From Tagaea sp. (lineage in GTDB: Bacteria; Pseudomonadota; Alphaproteobacteria; CACIAM-22H2): 64,000 nucleotides of DNA. Positions 62,071 through 64,000 of the stretch are shown here, piece by piece; position 1 is the stretch's first letter, and each line of letters begins with the position of its first letter. The position numbers were made by a program, and so were the translations under genes. The DNA lies in assembly GCA_965279525.1 (NCBI GenBank), contig CBDIIB010000005.1, positions 1,344,001 to 1,408,000 on the forward strand, given 5' to 3'. The notes under the pieces are model-generated. The model saw only the letters and a program-made list of their open reading frames with translations. It made no database searches and had not been told where the DNA came from.

Positions 62071-63897
62071 ATGCTCAGGAACCTCAAGCTTCTCCACATT
62101 CTCGCGGCGACGAACCTCCTAATCCTTCTGGCTGCCGGCGCCGTCGGCTGGGATGCGACGCGGCGCTATTCCGATCTTGCCTACCGCTTCAGTACGGAAA
62201 AGGCGCAGGACATCGTCGATGTCGGCGTCGCGCAGATGGCCTGGCGCGACTATTCCGGCGAAATCGTCGAGATCGCGCGTCAGGCGGCCCAGAGTGCGGC
62301 CCTGCGTACGGCGATCGGCGCGCGCGACGCCGTCGCCGCCGAGCCGGCCCTTCGCAACGAACTCGGGCGCGAAGCGATCTCCAGCGGCCGCGTGCGCGTC
62401 TTCGGCCTGTCGGTACACGACATCGGGATGAATGGCGTCGCGGCCGTCTGGCGCGAAGGCGCCACGACGATTCCTGCCGATCTTCGCGATGCCGTCGCCA
62501 GGCGCGAAGGCACGGAACGCCTGAAGGTGATCTGGCGGGCATGGATGGATGGCGATACGCCCCGTCTTTCGGCCTTCGTGCCGGTCGGCGGCCTTCGTCT
62601 GGCCGGCTATGTCGGGATACACGCCGATCCGCTGCACGCGCTGGCGACGCTCGACGAACGCATCGGCATGTCGATCCGGATCGCGACGCTCGACGGCACC
62701 AGGACCCTGCTGGCGCCGGACAACTACCGGATCGCCGACGGCGCGCGCACGCATGCGGCCCGCCTCTCGGTGCGCGATCCGGACGGCCGCGCAATCGCCT
62801 CGCTGCACGCAGTCCAGGACGTGACGAAGCTTGCCGGGGATCTCGGCGAAGTCGCGATCTTCGCGTTTGCGGTCTTTCTCGTCGTCTGCGGCGGACTGGC
62901 GCTCGGCGGCCTGGTTCTCGTCGCGCGGTTCCTTCGCGACGTCCGGATCCGCGAGGACGCCTCGCGTGCCGAGATCGAGCGGCGCGCGCGCGAGAAAGAG
63001 GAGGCCGACGAAGCGCGCACCCGCGCGAGCCAGGAAGCGTCCGCCGCGCGCAAGTCGGAGCGCCAGCGGCTGGCCGACGAATTCGAGCATGTGATCGGTT
63101 CGGTCGTATCCGGGATGAGCGCGGCGACGGGCCAGCTGGAAACGTCATCCTGCTCGCTCAGCTCCAGCGCGCAACGGACCCGCGAGGAGGCCCACCGCGT
63201 GGCCGGCGCATGCGGCGAGGCGTCCTCGAACGTCAATACCGTCGCGGCCGCGACGGAAGAACTGTCGGCGTCGGTGCGCGAGATCGCGCGGCAGGTGGTC
63301 GAGAGCAACAAGATCGCGGGCGATGCCGTCCGGCAGGTCGAGTCCACCAACGGACGCATCCAGAGCCTGCTCGACGCTTCCCACCGGATCGGCGACGGCG
63401 TGAAGCTCATCAACGAAGTCGCGAGCCAGACCAACCTGCTGGCGCTCAATGCGAGCATCGAAGCCGCGCGTGCGGGCGAAGCGGGCAAGGGCTTCGCGGT
63501 CGTCGCGGGCGAGGTCAAGACGCTCGCCACGCAGACCGCGCGCGCGACCGACGAGATCCGCGAGCAGATCGGCGCCATCCGCGGGGCCACCGGGGCCGCC
63601 GTCGATGCGATCGCCGGAATCGGCACCACGATCCGACGCATGCAGGAAATCGCGACGTCGATCGCTTCGGCGATCGACGAGCAGGGTGCAGCGACCCGCG
63701 AGATCGCGCGCAACATCCAGGAAGCCTCGCAGGTTTCGGCTGGCGTCACGCGATCGATCGGCGAAGTCAGTTCGGCCGCCGCCTTGACCGGAACCGCCGC
63801 CAGCGAAGTCCAGGGCGCCACCCAGTCGCTGTCGACCCAGGGCGGCGCCCTTCGCGAGGCGGCCGATCACTTCCTCGCGACCATCCGATCCACGTGA
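62071..63897 (+). CDS. Methyl-accepting chemotaxis protein
   Basis: Two TMs flanking a periplasmic domain; [15 protein letters not shown]; hairpin tip [34 protein letters not shown]. Confidence 0.95.
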   Translation: MLRNLKLLHILAATNLLILLAAGAVGWDATRRYSDLAYRFSTEKAQDIVDVGVAQMAWRDYSGEIVEIARQAAQSAALRTAIGARDAVAAEPALRNELGREAISSGRVRVFGLSVHDIGMNGVAAVWREGATTIPADLRDAVARREGTERLKVIWRAWMDGDTPRLSAFVPVGGLRLAGYVGIHADPLHALATLDERIGMSIRIATLDGTRTLLAPDNYRIADGARTHAARLSVRDPDGRAIASLHAVQDVTKLAGDLGEVAIFAFAVFLVVCGGLALGGLVLVARFLRDVRIREDASRAEIERRAREKEEADEARTRASQEASAARKSERQRLADEFEHVIGSVVSGMSAATGQLETSSCSLSSSAQRTREEAHRVAGACGEASSNVNTVAAATEELSASVREIARQVVESNKIAGDAVRQVESTNGRIQSLLDASHRIGDGVKLINEVASQTNLLALNASIEAARAGEAGKGFAVVAGEVKTLATQTARATDEIREQIGAIRGATGAAVDAIAGIGTTIRRMQEIATSIASAIDEQGAATREIARNIQEASQVSAGVTRSIGEVSSAAALTGTAASEVQGATQSLSTQGGALREAADHFLATIRST

Positions 63898-63925
63898 GTC
63901 CAGCCGCACAACCAGGGAGACAGCC

Positions 63926-64000
63926 ATGATGACCGTCCGCCGCCTTGTCCTCGCCGCCTTTGCCCTCGCGTTCGCGGGAGTTTTGCCCGCCCACGCACAG
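63926..64000 (+). CDS. Exported protein, 5' fragment only
   Basis: GGGAGA SD then MMTVRRLVLAAFALAFAGVLPAHAQ, a Sec signal peptide; runs off the window. Confidence 0.7.
   Translation, partial: MMTVRRLVLAAFALAFAGVLPAHAQ

Overview
A gene-dense, very GC-rich window that looks like alphaproteobacterial (Rhodospirillales-like) chromosome; the taxon is inferred from gene content only. I find about 47 coding regions and no tRNA, rRNA, CRISPR array, transposase or integrase. In order: a truncated gndA; a GT2/YdjC-deacetylase/membrane-protein surface-modification cluster; cytochrome b561; a P-type ATPase; the urtABCDE urea transporter with a sigma54/NtrC-like promoter; an MlrC peptidase; a CE15-like esterase opposite a sugar ABC + GH31 operon; an orphan PhnD-like binding protein with a hybrid histidine kinase; a 3923-aa TPS/filamentous-haemagglutinin exoprotein with no TpsB in the window; a converging minus-strand run (CHAT lipoprotein protease, exported caspase-family protease, exported hypothetical, CHASE2 adenylate cyclase, nitrilase, PfkB kinase, SDR, cupin dioxygenase); a small protein + ATP-grasp ligase preceded by an unannotated 11-aa Cys-terminated leader ORF; a DUF1028-led peptide ABC operon; Kelch and DUF1194 proteins; a methyltransferase; a lipoprotein; and an MCP. 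The best candidates for new biology are (1) an extracytoplasmic dual clan-CD protease-to-cAMP signalling module, possibly coupled to the giant adhesin, and (2) the putative Cys-sensing leader peptide MPTHEANRRRC. All family calls come from motif recognition by eye; no database searches were run.
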